Below, in pieces: positions 50,686-60,269 of a DNA stretch of 64,000 bases. A model generated the notes under the pieces. The model worked only from the letters and a program-made list of their open reading frames with translations, was not told the origin of the DNA and made no database searches. This stretch comes from Alphaproteobacteria bacterium. GTDB lineage: Bacteria > Pseudomonadota > Alphaproteobacteria > UBA7879 > UBA5542. Both the position numbers and the translations under genes were made by a program. The first letter of the stretch is position 1; each line of letters begins with the position of its first letter. The stretch spans positions 18,654-82,653 of the forward strand of contig JBKCVN010000022.1 of NCBI GenBank assembly GCA_046317875.1, written 5' to 3'.

Positions 50686-51306
50686 ATGATTCCACAACGC
50701 GATCTTAATTATACCTACAATCCCAAAACCCTTGGGGAGAGAGCTGTACGCTCATTAGCCATTATTCTTCGACGCCTAGCGGATTTTTTCTTTCGTAAAC
50801 GATATGGTCACAGAGCTGTTTTTATTGAAACCATTGCTGCCGTTCCAGGCATGGTAGGGGGCGCCCTTTTACATTTCAGATGTTTGCGAAAAATTAAAAA
50901 TGATCAAGGGTGGATTCGCCAATTGTTAGATGAGGCCGAAAATGAACGTATGCATTTGATGGTATTCATACAGATTGCCCAACCTACGCTTCTTGAACAC
51001 TGCTTAATTTATGTAGCCCAATTTTTCTTTGTGGTGTTTTATGCTTTTTTCTATATGTGTTCTTCTAGATTAGCCCATCGGTTTGTAGGCCACCTAGAAG
51101 AAGAAGCCATTCATAGCTATTCGGAATATCTAAAGCTGGTGTTACAAGGCACCATTGAAAATGTACCAGCTCCTGATTTGGGCATTCGTTATTGGAAACT
51201 TAAAAAGAACGCATGCCTTAGTGATTTAATTATCGCTGTCCGAGAAGACGAGCGTCACCATCGAGATGTGAATCATTATCTTTCTGATAAGGCACATAAA
51301 CTCTGA
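50686..51306 (+). CDS. aox: Alternative oxidase (di-iron ubiquinol oxidase)
   Basis: Four iron-binding motifs: IETIAAVPGMV, EAENERMH, LEEEAIHSY, REDERHHRDVNH. Confidence 0.95.
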   Translation: MIPQRDLNYTYNPKTLGERAVRSLAIILRRLADFFFRKRYGHRAVFIETIAAVPGMVGGALLHFRCLRKIKNDQGWIRQLLDEAENERMHLMVFIQIAQPTLLEHCLIYVAQFFFVVFYAFFYMCSSRLAHRFVGHLEEEAIHSYSEYLKLVLQGTIENVPAPDLGIRYWKLKKNACLSDLIIAVREDERHHRDVNHYLSDKAHKL

Positions 51307-51329
51307 TCATACTTCAGAAAATAAAAACT

Positions 51330-53381
51330 CTAATCGGTTTTTTGGAAGAGAGCCTTTAATAATTCGGAAGAAGGGTTAAGATTTATTTTGTTTAAGCCAT
51401 GGGTTTCATGAACCAAATCATAAGCCTCTTTTATCAAATGCCCATGCGCCTCCAGGCACGCTACTTTAAAATCAGGCACGCCACTTTGCTTGGTGCCTAA
51501 CAGGTCCCCTGCTCCACGGAGTTTTAAATCCTCTTCGGCGATCAAAAACCCATCTTCTGTGGATCTCATCAGTTCTAGGCGTTTTTTTCCCACGGATGAT
51601 ATCTTTTTGCCATATAACAATAAACAATTCGAAGGCTTATTTCCTCGTCCCACCCGACCCCGCAACTGATGCAGCTGGGCCAAACCAAACCGTTCGGCAT
51701 GTTCGATAATCATAATGGTTGCATCGGGAATATGGACACCAACTTCAATAACAGTTGTGGAAACGAGCACTGAACTCTTCCCATTTTTAAAGTCATCAAT
51801 CGCCCTCTGTTTTTCCTCCGAAGGCATGCGCCCATGCATCCACGCAACATTCTCTTCCCCTAAAATTGAGCGTAAAATTTTAACGCGCGCTTCAGTATGC
51901 CCTAAATCCAAAGCTTCCGATTCCTCGATTAAAGGACACACCCAATAAATTTTTTGTCTCTCATTCATGGCCCGCTTCAAGGCTTCATGTATTTGGGGAA
52001 TACGATCTAAGGGTAGAACTTTGGTTTGAATAGGTAATCGATTTTTTGGCTTTTCCTTTAACAAAGAAATATCCAAATCTCCATACAAGGTTAATGCCAA
52101 TGATCGAGGAATAGGGGTAGCCGACATAACAAGCACATTTACACCTTCCCCTTTTTTGATTAATTGATGTCGTTGTTCCACCCCAAAACGATGCTGCTCA
52201 TCAATCACCACAAACCCCAACCGATGAAAAACTACATCATCTTCCAATAAGGCATGAGTCCCTATAATCATTTTCAAAGTTCCATTAGCTAGGCTTTTCC
52301 TAATGCTTTCTTTTTCTTTGTTGGCTGTCTTTCCCAACAATAAACCCAATTTTATATCTGTGTTTTCTAAAAAATTTTTAAATGTCTCATAATGCTGTTG
52401 AGCCAAGATCTCTGTGGGCGCCAAAAGAGCACACTGCCCCCCCGATTCCAATACTTGAAGCATGGCAAATAAGGCAACCACAGTTTTACCACTGCCCACA
52501 TCCCCCTGGAGAAGGCGCATCATGGGGAAGGAGCTGGCCAACTCTTCAGAGAGAAGCTGGAGGATTTCTGTTTGGTTGGAGGTTAAATCAAATGGTAGAG
52601 CCTTTGTGATTTCCTCCAACAAATGTCCATTTCCTTGAAAACGTTGACCCTCTTTTTTTAGGCTATTTTTTCTAAATGAAGCGAGGCCTAATTGGTAGGC
52701 TAATAATTCATCAAAAGCCAATCTCTCCCTGGCTGGGTTGATAAAAGACAAGTCATTTTCCTGTTTCGGGTTATGCAAACTTAAAATAGCCTCTCTCCAA
52801 GAGGGCCATTGATGCCGTTTTACAACCTCAGAAGGAAGCCATTCGGGTAAATCAGGGACACGGTCCAAGGCGTTTTTTATGATTTTACGATACATGGTTT
52901 GGGAAATGCCTGCCGTTAATGCATAAAGGGCCGATGTGCCCTGCCATTCCATTTTTGACTGTATTGAACCTATGAAATCAGGGTGCACCATTTGAAAGCC
53001 TGCAGGGGTATGTTCCAGAAGGCCACTTATTAATCTTTTTTCTCCTACGGTTAATACTAGTTGTACATACGGTTTTTGTGCATGGAAAAAAAGTACATTT
53101 ATAATACTTCCATTCTGGTAACACATTACTTTGTAAGGATGCAGAGGTTTAGAAGGGGGGAAATGTGACTGAACAGAAACAATACAAGAAACCAAGCTTT
53201 TAGGGGTTGCTTTTTGTATATCCTCATAAAATATACGGGTTTCTAGGCCTGTTGGAAAGGACCATACAAGATCTAACACCCTTTGCTTGCCAAACTTATG
53301 TAAACGTTGGGCTGTTTTTTCCCCCACAAAAGGAAGACTTTCGACAGTGGAAAATAGGGGTGATAATATTAACGGACGCAT
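51330..53381 (-). CDS. recG: ATP-dependent DNA helicase RecG
   Basis: LLQGDVGSGKT, APTEILAQQH, IDEQHRFGV, MSATPIPR, QLHQLRGRVGRG. Confidence 0.98.
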   Translation of the reverse strand: MRPLILSPLFSTVESLPFVGEKTAQRLHKFGKQRVLDLVWSFPTGLETRIFYEDIQKATPKSLVSCIVSVQSHFPPSKPLHPYKVMCYQNGSIINVLFFHAQKPYVQLVLTVGEKRLISGLLEHTPAGFQMVHPDFIGSIQSKMEWQGTSALYALTAGISQTMYRKIIKNALDRVPDLPEWLPSEVVKRHQWPSWREAILSLHNPKQENDLSFINPARERLAFDELLAYQLGLASFRKNSLKKEGQRFQGNGHLLEEITKALPFDLTSNQTEILQLLSEELASSFPMMRLLQGDVGSGKTVVALFAMLQVLESGGQCALLAPTEILAQQHYETFKNFLENTDIKLGLLLGKTANKEKESIRKSLANGTLKMIIGTHALLEDDVVFHRLGFVVIDEQHRFGVEQRHQLIKKGEGVNVLVMSATPIPRSLALTLYGDLDISLLKEKPKNRLPIQTKVLPLDRIPQIHEALKRAMNERQKIYWVCPLIEESEALDLGHTEARVKILRSILGEENVAWMHGRMPSEEKQRAIDDFKNGKSSVLVSTTVIEVGVHIPDATIMIIEHAERFGLAQLHQLRGRVGRGNKPSNCLLLYGKKISSVGKKRLELMRSTEDGFLIAEEDLKLRGAGDLLGTKQSGVPDFKVACLEAHGHLIKEAYDLVHETHGLNKINLNPSSELLKALFQKTD

Positions 53382-53459
53382 ATTTTATTTTTAAAGGTCT
53401 TCCCTTTAAATCACAAGAACCTTTAGTTTTGAGAAAAAGGTTTTATTAAAGCTGGCAAT

Positions 53460-53486
53460 AAAAAACCCGCCTACTCGGCGGGTTTT
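53460..53486 (-). terminator. rpsU intrinsic terminator
   Basis: AAAACCCGCC-TACTC-GGCGGGTTTT, with a T run on the minus strand. Confidence 0.85.
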
Positions 53487-53489
53487 CTT

Positions 53490-53693
53490 TTAGAATCCTT
53501 CGCGTTCCATGCGTTTACGGAGAAGTTTACGGAAACGGCGACCCGCTTCAGCTTTTTCTCTGACACGTCGTTCTGAAGGTTTTTCAAAGCTACGACGCAT
53601 TTTCATTTCACGGAAAACGCCTTCGCGTTGAAGCTTCTTCTTCAAGACCCGCATAGCTTGTTCTAGATTATTTTCATGAACAATAACTCGCAA
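53490..53693 (-). CDS. rpsU: 30S ribosomal protein S21; TTG start assumed, ORF track start is 53702
   Basis: [24 protein letters not shown]; GAAAGGAAG RBS is better spaced for TTG 53693. Confidence 0.96.
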   Translation of the reverse strand: MRVIVHENNLEQAMRVLKKKLQREGVFREMKMRRSFEKPSERRVREKAEAGRRFRKLLRKRMEREGF

Positions 53694-53763
53694 AAAAATC
53701 ACTTCCTTTCTGGTTAGTGTATTTTATATATAACGATGTTTTATAAGAATTTCAAATAAAACG

Positions 53764-53798
53764 AAAGCCCGATAAGAATCTGTCTCTTATCAGGCTTT
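53764..53798 (-). terminator. ihfB intrinsic terminator
   Basis: Minus strand AAAGCCTGATAAGA-loop-TCTTATCGGGCTTT followed by CGTTTT. Confidence 0.75.
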
Positions 53799-53805
53799 GT
53801 AAAAA

Positions 53806-54087
53806 CTATCTGTTATTTAAGTTGTGTAATAAGGGTTTGCCTGGACGGAAAGAAGGTACATGGCGAGAGTCCACTTGAATAGAGCGACCATCGCGGGGGT
53901 CAATACCCACCCTTTCTCTTCTTTTCTTTACGGAAAAGGCGCCAAATCCACGCAGTTCTACCCTTTTGCCTTTTTCCAAGGCGTTGGAAATTTCCTCAAA
54001 AATCACGGCAACTATCTTTTCAATTTCTCTGGGGGACGAGTGTGGCATTTTTTCTGTTAATCTAACGGCAAGTTCTGATCTTGTCAT
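53806..54087 (-). CDS. ihfB: Integration host factor subunit beta
   Basis: MTRSEL, RVELRGFGAFSVK, R.G.DPR, FRPGK. Confidence 0.9.
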   Translation of the reverse strand: MTRSELAVRLTEKMPHSSPREIEKIVAVIFEEISNALEKGKRVELRGFGAFSVKKRRERVGIDPRDGRSIQVDSRHVPSFRPGKPLLHNLNNR

Positions 54088-54190
54088 GGTATACTCCCTT
54101 TTTTGGTTGTTATGATTTTCTCATCATGCATCTGTTTTTTCTGTATGTCAATAATATGGATATTTTTTATTACAAATTTATCTATCTTTA

Positions 54191-55936
54191 TTACATCCTC
54201 TCTACGGGTTCTATGCCCAATAAATTCAAAGCCAATGAAAGTTTCTGGAAAGCTTGTTTACACAGAAACAAACGAATGGCTTTTTTATCTTGGTTGTTCT
54301 CATTTATTACATTACATTCTTGATAAAAGCGACTAAAAATTTGAGCTAAATCAAAAGCATAATCACAAATTAAGTGAGGAGCTAAGTTTTTATAGGCCTT
54401 TTCAAACGCTTCCTCTGCCTGCATGGTTTTTAAAAATAACAATCTTTCTACAGGCAAAAGACCCAGAGAGTCTGGTAGAGTCGTAGCTTGATCTGATTTT
54501 TCTAAGATGGAACGTATTCTAACCAAGGCATATAAAAGATAGGGACCCGTTTTACCTTCAAAACTCATAAACTTCTTCAAATCAAATTGATAGTTTTGAA
54601 CGGGGTTATGCTGAAGGTCGGCAAATTTTAACGCTGCCACACCCACTCTTTCGGCAATACTTTTTTGTTCTTCCACAGAAAAGTTATCTAAGGATTTGTT
54701 TTCCAGCATTCTTTTGATCGCCTCTTCTTTTAAGGTATCAATCAGCTCTTCTAAACGCATTGCCCCACCCGAGCGGGTTTTAAAGGGTTTATTGTCGGGC
54801 CCATTCATGGTTCCAAACCCAATAAAATCTGTGCGTACTTTATATCCTAACTTTTCTGCGGCCCGGAAAACCTGTTCAAAGTGTAACCGCTGACGCCCAT
54901 CCACCACATAAATAATTCGTTCTGCCTTAAAAACGTGGATACGCTCATCTATGGTAGCCAGGTCTGTTGTGGCATATAAAAATCCGCCATCGGACTTTTG
55001 TAAAATAAGGGGCGGCATTTCTTTTTTATCTGAAAAATCTGCAACATTAATGATCAGTGCACCATCACTGCTCTCTACGGCCCCTTTTTCTTGGAACTGC
55101 TGGATAAGAGAGGGAATTTTATCTTGATATCTGCTTTCTCCAAACCAGTGATCAAAGGACACATTCAATCGATCAAAATTTTTCCGCATATCCGCAACCG
55201 ATATATCCACAAAGTGTTGCCACAAAGCCCGATATCCAGGGCGCCCCTGCTGCAATTCATAGGTGGCATATCGGGCCTCTGTAGCCAGAGACTCGTCCTC
55301 TTTACATGCCGCAGAAATAATAGGGTATATTTCTTGCAAATCTTCCAATGAAACGGGGGAATAATCAGGATAAGGGCCATGAAAATTTTTATCAAAATAG
55401 GGCAGATCTGGTCTTTTTTGTTTAAGCGCAACAATCAACATTCCCATTTGGGTGCCCCAATCACCCAAATGTATATCTGCAATAACTTTATGCCCTTTAT
55501 AGCGAAACAGCCTTTTTAAGCTTTCCCCAATAATGCTAGATCTTAGGTGACCCACATGCATGGGCTTGGCTACATTTGGTCCACCATAATCAAAAATGGT
55601 TTTTTCAAGAGACTGGTTTGGAACAATAGGACTGGTGGTGTCAAAATGACGAAAAAGAAAATCACAAGAAAGGGTAAAGTTCAAGAACCCTGGTCCCGCT
55701 ATAGAAACGTCGACTCCCGCCAATACGGGGGTCAGGTTTTCCTTCAGTAACAAAGCTAGGTCTTGGGGGTTACGATTTGTTTTCTTACCCAGGGCAAGAG
55801 CTCCACTACATTGATAATCAGAAAGATCAGGGCGATCAGAGGTCTTTACCCAGCACATGCTCTCTTCTGCTTCGAACCCTAATGATTGGAAACTTTCTTT
55901 TACCACTTGGGTTAAATATATATCAATAAAAGGCAT
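54191..55936 (-). CDS. argS: Arginine--tRNA ligase
   Basis: AGPGFLN, DYGGPNVAKPMHVGHLRS, GDWGTQMG, KSDG..LYATTD, GKTGPYLLY, ERM C-terminus. Confidence 0.98.
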   Translation of the reverse strand: MPFIDIYLTQVVKESFQSLGFEAEESMCWVKTSDRPDLSDYQCSGALALGKKTNRNPQDLALLLKENLTPVLAGVDVSIAGPGFLNFTLSCDFLFRHFDTTSPIVPNQSLEKTIFDYGGPNVAKPMHVGHLRSSIIGESLKRLFRYKGHKVIADIHLGDWGTQMGMLIVALKQKRPDLPYFDKNFHGPYPDYSPVSLEDLQEIYPIISAACKEDESLATEARYATYELQQGRPGYRALWQHFVDISVADMRKNFDRLNVSFDHWFGESRYQDKIPSLIQQFQEKGAVESSDGALIINVADFSDKKEMPPLILQKSDGGFLYATTDLATIDERIHVFKAERIIYVVDGRQRLHFEQVFRAAEKLGYKVRTDFIGFGTMNGPDNKPFKTRSGGAMRLEELIDTLKEEAIKRMLENKSLDNFSVEEQKSIAERVGVAALKFADLQHNPVQNYQFDLKKFMSFEGKTGPYLLYALVRIRSILEKSDQATTLPDSLGLLPVERLLFLKTMQAEEAFEKAYKNLAPHLICDYAFDLAQIFSRFYQECNVINENNQDKKAIRLFLCKQAFQKLSLALNLLGIEPVERM

Positions 55937-55952
55937 TTTTTCTTATTTAATG

Positions 55953-55978
55953 AAGAAAGGGCACAAAGGCCCTTTCTT
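55953..55978 (-). terminator. Putative rpsD terminator hairpin
   Basis: 10-bp stem AAGAAAGGGC / GCCCTTTCTT between the rpsD stop and the argS start. Confidence 0.65.
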
Positions 55979-56004
55979 TTAAATTTATTTTTTATTGGCC
56001 TGGC

Positions 56005-56622
56005 TTAACGAGAGTAAAATTCAATAACCAGATTGGGTTCCATTTGTACAGGATATGGAACATCAGCTAGGGTAGGAACTCTTAAAAACTTGCCTTTTGT
56101 CCCCTTACCATCAACTTCTATGTAAGAAGGAACTTCTCTTTCACCAGATTTTAAAGACTCGAGCACAATCGGAAGCTCACAAGACTTTTCTTTTAATTCA
56201 ATAACATCACCCTCTTGAACACGATAAGAAGGAATATTAATTCGACGACCATTCACACGAATATGGCCATGACTTACAAACTGCCGTGCTGCGAAAACAG
56301 TAGGAACAAAACCAAGACGGTAAACAACTGCATCTAAACGGCGTTCTAACAAGCCGATCAGGTTTTCTCCGGTGTCACCACGTGTATTTGCTGCTTTTTC
56401 AAAAAGGGTCCGGAATTGCTTTTCCCCAATATTACCATAATAGCCTTTAAGCTTTTGCTTAGCTGTTAACTGTACCCCATAATCCGTTGGTTTTTTGCGA
56501 CCTGTCTGACCATGCTGACCTGGGCCATAACTACGCACGTTAACAGGGCTTTTAGGGCGACCCCACAAGTTTAACCCCAAACGACGGTTTATTTTGTACT
56601 TTGTTTCTAAGCGTTTACTCAT
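56005..56622 (-). CDS. rpsD: 30S ribosomal protein S4; ORF track start is 56631
   Basis: [47 protein letters not shown]. Confidence 0.98.
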   Translation of the reverse strand: MSKRLETKYKINRRLGLNLWGRPKSPVNVRSYGPGQHGQTGRKKPTDYGVQLTAKQKLKGYYGNIGEKQFRTLFEKAANTRGDTGENLIGLLERRLDAVVYRLGFVPTVFAARQFVSHGHIRVNGRRINIPSYRVQEGDVIELKEKSCELPIVLESLKSGEREVPSYIEVDGKGTKGKFLRVPTLADVPYPVQMEPNLVIEFYSR

Positions 56623-56864
56623 ATTTATCAATTCCTAAAAAATTTGAAGAAATCCCAACTTCGAGGAGAATGTTTCTCGAACGAACAGGTATGTTTAACC
56701 TGATTATAAAAAAAATGTCAAACATTTATTGAAATAAAGGCTAAAATTATTAAGGTTTTCACCTTTACAACCTCTGGAACCCAACGGTAAGCCAGGCAGA
56801 GGGAGTATTTGAACAAAATAAAAAACCCGTGATTTTTAGAACCAAGATTTCAACTCATCTATTC

Positions 56865-56893
56865 TTTACACCTTATTTTTTTTCCCGTATAGT
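56865..56893 (+). promoter_or_regulatory. Putative sigma-70 promoter of pal
   Basis: TTTACA-N17-TATAGT, 31 nt upstream of the ATG. Confidence 0.55.
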
Positions 56894-56924
56894 TTCTAAT
56901 TATAATAATTAATATTGAGGTAAT

Positions 56925-57422
56925 ATGATGTTAAAAGCTTTATCCCTCTTCTCTTTGTGCCTTTTGTTGGCATCATGCAAATGCTTCCGAGAAGACTGCC
57001 AATTGTCTAAAATGAATGACAAGACATATAATGACTGCCGAGATCGCCTAACTCAAGATGGTAAACTAACCGATAAGGACGGTCGTATTCTGGTAGCAGA
57101 CCGCACATTCTTTGCTTATGATCGTCACGACCTAACACCATCAGCCAAAAAAACTTTGAATGGTCAAGCTGCCTGGATGATGGCTCACCCTGAAACAAAT
57201 GTCATTATATCTGGTCATTGTGATGAGCGGGGTACCAGAGAATATAACATCGGTCTTGGGGAACGCCGGGCAAACTCAGCTCGTGACTACTTAGTTGCTC
57301 AGGGAATTAACCCAGAACGAATCACTGTTATTAGCAAAGGCAAAGATGAACCAATTGTTATGGGATCTTCTGAAGAAGCCTGGGCTCAGAATCGCGTAGC
57401 AATATTAGGTCCCAGCGCTTAA
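56925..57422 (+). CDS. pal: Peptidoglycan-associated lipoprotein (OmpA-like domain)
   Basis: Lipobox LASC; FFAYD, GHCDERGTREYNIGLGERRA, AQNR. Confidence 0.93.
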   Translation: MMLKALSLFSLCLLLASCKCFREDCQLSKMNDKTYNDCRDRLTQDGKLTDKDGRILVADRTFFAYDRHDLTPSAKKTLNGQAAWMMAHPETNVIISGHCDERGTREYNIGLGERRANSARDYLVAQGINPERITVISKGKDEPIVMGSSEEAWAQNRVAILGPSA

Positions 57423-57442
57423 TTTTTAATACATTTAATCCT

Positions 57443-57479
57443 TTAAAAGAACCCCAGCTAATTCCTGGGGTTCTTTTAA
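57443..57479 (+). terminator. pal intrinsic terminator
   Basis: TTAAAAGAACCCCAG-N7-CTGGGGTTCTTTTAA perfect 15-bp inverted repeat. Confidence 0.88.
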
Positions 57480-57747
57480 TTAGAAAAAAAATTCTTCTTT
57501 AAACTTTTTTAGCATCCATCTCAGCATTATAGAATGAAAGACAAGCCACAAAAGAATGAATAATTTGGCTTAATTCTTTTATTTTTCATAAAAACAGAAG
57601 ATACACTTAAGACTGTTCTTTGTTTTCTGAGTCTTTAACAAAAGAAATAAGCAAAATACAGATCTTTCAAAGCTTTTGTGACTAACATGAAATTAGGAAT
57701 AGAAGTCCAACAAAAAAGTTGAAGAAACCTGTTTCATTTGATATTTT

Positions 57748-57775
57748 GTTCTATGTTTGTTCTTTAATAAGAACA
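57748..57775. promoter_or_regulatory. Candidate operator: alphaproteobacterial LexA-type box overlapping a 7-bp inverted repeat
   Basis: GTTC-TATGTTT-GTTC (57748-57762) and TGTTCTT-TAAT-AAGAACA (57758-57775), just upstream of the RBS. Confidence 0.45.
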
Positions 57776-57796
57776 TATAATTTAAGGAGGATAATT

Positions 57797-58504
57797 ATGA
57801 CAAAAAGTGCAACAGTGGATCCCCAACCCGTAGATATTTTTATTGGGGCACGTATCCGTGAGCGTCGCCAAAAACTAGAGTGGACCCTGATAGAGTTAGC
57901 ACAAAAATTAAAGGTTTCTCATCAACAAATTCAAAAATACGAACAAGGTACCACCCGTGTTTCTGCAGGAATTTTATTCGAATTGTCTGAAATTTTGGGA
58001 GTATCCATAAACTACTTTTACGAAGGGTACGAGGAAGTTTCAGAATTTCCGAAAAACAATGTGATTTTAGCGACTCGTACATCACCCTTGCGTATCGCCC
58101 TAGTCGAAGATGATCCTTCCGATGAAATGTTTATCCGGGAAGCAATTTCCGATTCGCACAAATCTGCAAGCGTCCATGTTTTTCATAATGGGGAACAAGT
58201 TCTGGACTTCTTAAAAAATAAAACAGGTGCCAATCGATTCCCAAGACCGGATGTGATTTTTATGGATCTAAGTTTACCACGATTAAACGGGATGTCGGTG
58301 TTACGCGAGATTAAACGAGACAGATCTCTTCAAGACATTCCTATCGTTATGCTATCCAGCAGCATTAACAAAAAAGATATGATCGAATCTTATAAAAACT
58401 TTGCCAGCGGTTATATAAAGAAATCTTTTGATTTCAAAGAGTTTAGAGAGCAGATTCGGGATTCTATTAACTATTGGTCCACTATTTGCTTACCACATAT
58501 GTAA
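57797..58504 (+). CDS. XRE-family HTH fused to a C-terminal response-regulator receiver domain; ORF track start is 57719
   Basis: AAGGAGG RBS before ATG 57797; IGARIRERR..QQIQKYEQG..RVSAG (XRE); LVEDD, IFMDL.LP, MLSSS, YIKK (receiver). Confidence 0.88.
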   Translation: MTKSATVDPQPVDIFIGARIRERRQKLEWTLIELAQKLKVSHQQIQKYEQGTTRVSAGILFELSEILGVSINYFYEGYEEVSEFPKNNVILATRTSPLRIALVEDDPSDEMFIREAISDSHKSASVHVFHNGEQVLDFLKNKTGANRFPRPDVIFMDLSLPRLNGMSVLREIKRDRSLQDIPIVMLSSSINKKDMIESYKNFASGYIKKSFDFKEFREQIRDSINYWSTICLPHM

Positions 58505-58511
58505 AAAAAGG

Positions 58512-59300
58512 CTAGAAACGCAACACAATATTTGTGCCCAAAACATACAAAGTATTAATAAAGGGGTCAGTGCGAACCAAAGCAAAGCCCCTTTTTCCTT
58601 TCTCGTAGACACTAATAACCCTTCCCACCACTTCCCCCTCTTCAGTTGTGAGGGAGGTTTGAGGTTCACATGGGGCTTCTGCTGTAAATGGCAACAGCCT
58701 TTTTCGGACCTCTCCCACATACTTTGTACGGGCTGTCAGTTCTTGACCCAAAAAACATCCCTTATCCCAATCAATCGCCCCCATTTCATCCATCTGATTC
58801 TCAAGTGGTATACTTTTTTCAGCTTCTAAATCTAGTGGACCTTCTGGGATACCCAATCTTAGACGGTGTTTTTCATAAGGTGTTCTATCAAAAGTTATAG
58901 GATTTAGTTGATCTAAGGGGCCTATAAAAAGGCTACCCAATTGATTAGAACGGGGATCTTTAAACACATGACCCACCTTACTAAAATCATTAGCCAGGCT
59001 GACCGCGACACCCCAATCAGGAAGAACTGACAAACCAACATCACTTCGTAGTTTATAAAATGAAAGCTTTTTTATAAAAGACTCCATCATCGTGGTGCCG
59101 GGCGTTAGAAGAAAAGAATTTTCTGTAGCAACAATAAAAAAATCACAAAAAAACCTGCCCGTGGGGGTTAAGAACAAACCGTATAGGGGATTTTCTGGTG
59201 TAGCTTTAGATACGTCTTGGGTAATAAGGCCCTGTAAAAAAGAATGCCTATCTTGACCCGTAACCTCTACAACCCGTCTATAATCTAGTATGATCCACAT
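58512..59300 (-). CDS. ygfZ: Folate-binding Fe-S cluster repair / tRNA-modifying protein YgfZ
   Basis: G.D..SFLQGLITQD, LTPTGR, KGCFLGQE motif. Confidence 0.93.
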   Translation of the reverse strand: MWIILDYRRVVEVTGQDRHSFLQGLITQDVSKATPENPLYGLFLTPTGRFFCDFFIVATENSFLLTPGTTMMESFIKKLSFYKLRSDVGLSVLPDWGVAVSLANDFSKVGHVFKDPRSNQLGSLFIGPLDQLNPITFDRTPYEKHRLRLGIPEGPLDLEAEKSIPLENQMDEMGAIDWDKGCFLGQELTARTKYVGEVRKRLLPFTAEAPCEPQTSLTTEEGEVVGRVISVYEKGKRGFALVRTDPFINTLYVLGTNIVLRF

Positions 59301-59333
59301 TGACGTAACCCCTTGATTCTATATGATAGCCGA

Positions 59334-60269
59334 ATGAACATATTGTTTATAACTTCAACTTATCTTGGTGACGCTATTCTCTCAACGGGAATTTTAGATC
59401 ATTTTTACAAAAAACACCCCCAGGCCTATTTTCAGATTGCCTGCGGGCCTGTTCCCGCCCCCTTGTTTCAGGTATTCCCTGGGTATAAGACCATTTACCT
59501 TATAAACAAAAGAAAATTTTCCCTACATTGGATTTTTTTATGGATCAGATGCCTATTTAAAAAATGGGATTTGATCATCGATATTCGGGGTACGGGCATA
59601 TCTTATTTCCTATGGGCCTCAAAGCGCCAGGTGTGGCATTCTTTATCTGAAAAGACATTGCGTGTCCACCAATTAGCTCGATGGATGGGCCTAAAAGAAA
59701 CACCCTTTAATAAAATATGGCTTGACCCTTGTCATCATCAAGAAGCAGAACAACTCCTGCCAGTTGGCTCGACCTACATTGCTTTTGCACCCACCGCCAA
59801 TTGGGATAAAAAATGCTGGCCCTTGGAACACTTTGTTGATTTAGGCAAAAAGCTCCTACAAGATAAAAAAAAGTTTCCGAACGGAAAAATTATAATCCTA
59901 GGCACTTCTGACCAACGTGCAAATCTTGATTCTCTTTTTAAAGCATTTAAGCCTGAAGAAATCATAGACCTAATGGGACAAGTCTCTTTGCCCACCCTCT
60001 CGGCTTGCTTGAGCCGATGCGCCCTGTTTGTGGGAAACGATTCGGGTCTTATGCACCTGGCTTCTGCTTCCAATACCCCTACGATTGGATTATTTGGTCC
60101 CAGCCCCGTCGATGTTTATGGGCCATGGGGAGAAAAAACAGCCTCTATTAGTTTGAACGACGATCAGTCCGAAATTTTAGGCCGGATCGAAAAAGGTGAA
60201 AGCGTAATGAGAGACATCACTGTAGATAGTGTTCATAAGAAAATAAATGAATTATTAAAAAATTCTTAG
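59334..60269 (+). CDS. Glycosyltransferase family 9 (heptosyltransferase-like); ORF track start is 59313
   Basis: ILFITSTYLGDAILS, KCWP, FVGNDSGLMHLA, TIGLFGPS. Confidence 0.92.
   Translation: MNILFITSTYLGDAILSTGILDHFYKKHPQAYFQIACGPVPAPLFQVFPGYKTIYLINKRKFSLHWIFLWIRCLFKKWDLIIDIRGTGISYFLWASKRQVWHSLSEKTLRVHQLARWMGLKETPFNKIWLDPCHHQEAEQLLPVGSTYIAFAPTANWDKKCWPLEHFVDLGKKLLQDKKKFPNGKIIILGTSDQRANLDSLFKAFKPEEIIDLMGQVSLPTLSACLSRCALFVGNDSGLMHLASASNTPTIGLFGPSPVDVYGPWGEKTASISLNDDQSEILGRIEKGESVMRDITVDSVHKKINELLKNS

Noticed and set aside
54191-55936. ArgRS with GGPNVAKPMHVGH instead of the SANPTGP-type motif
   Set aside because: Both ArgRS types occur in Alphaproteobacteria; transfer cannot be claimed without a tree.
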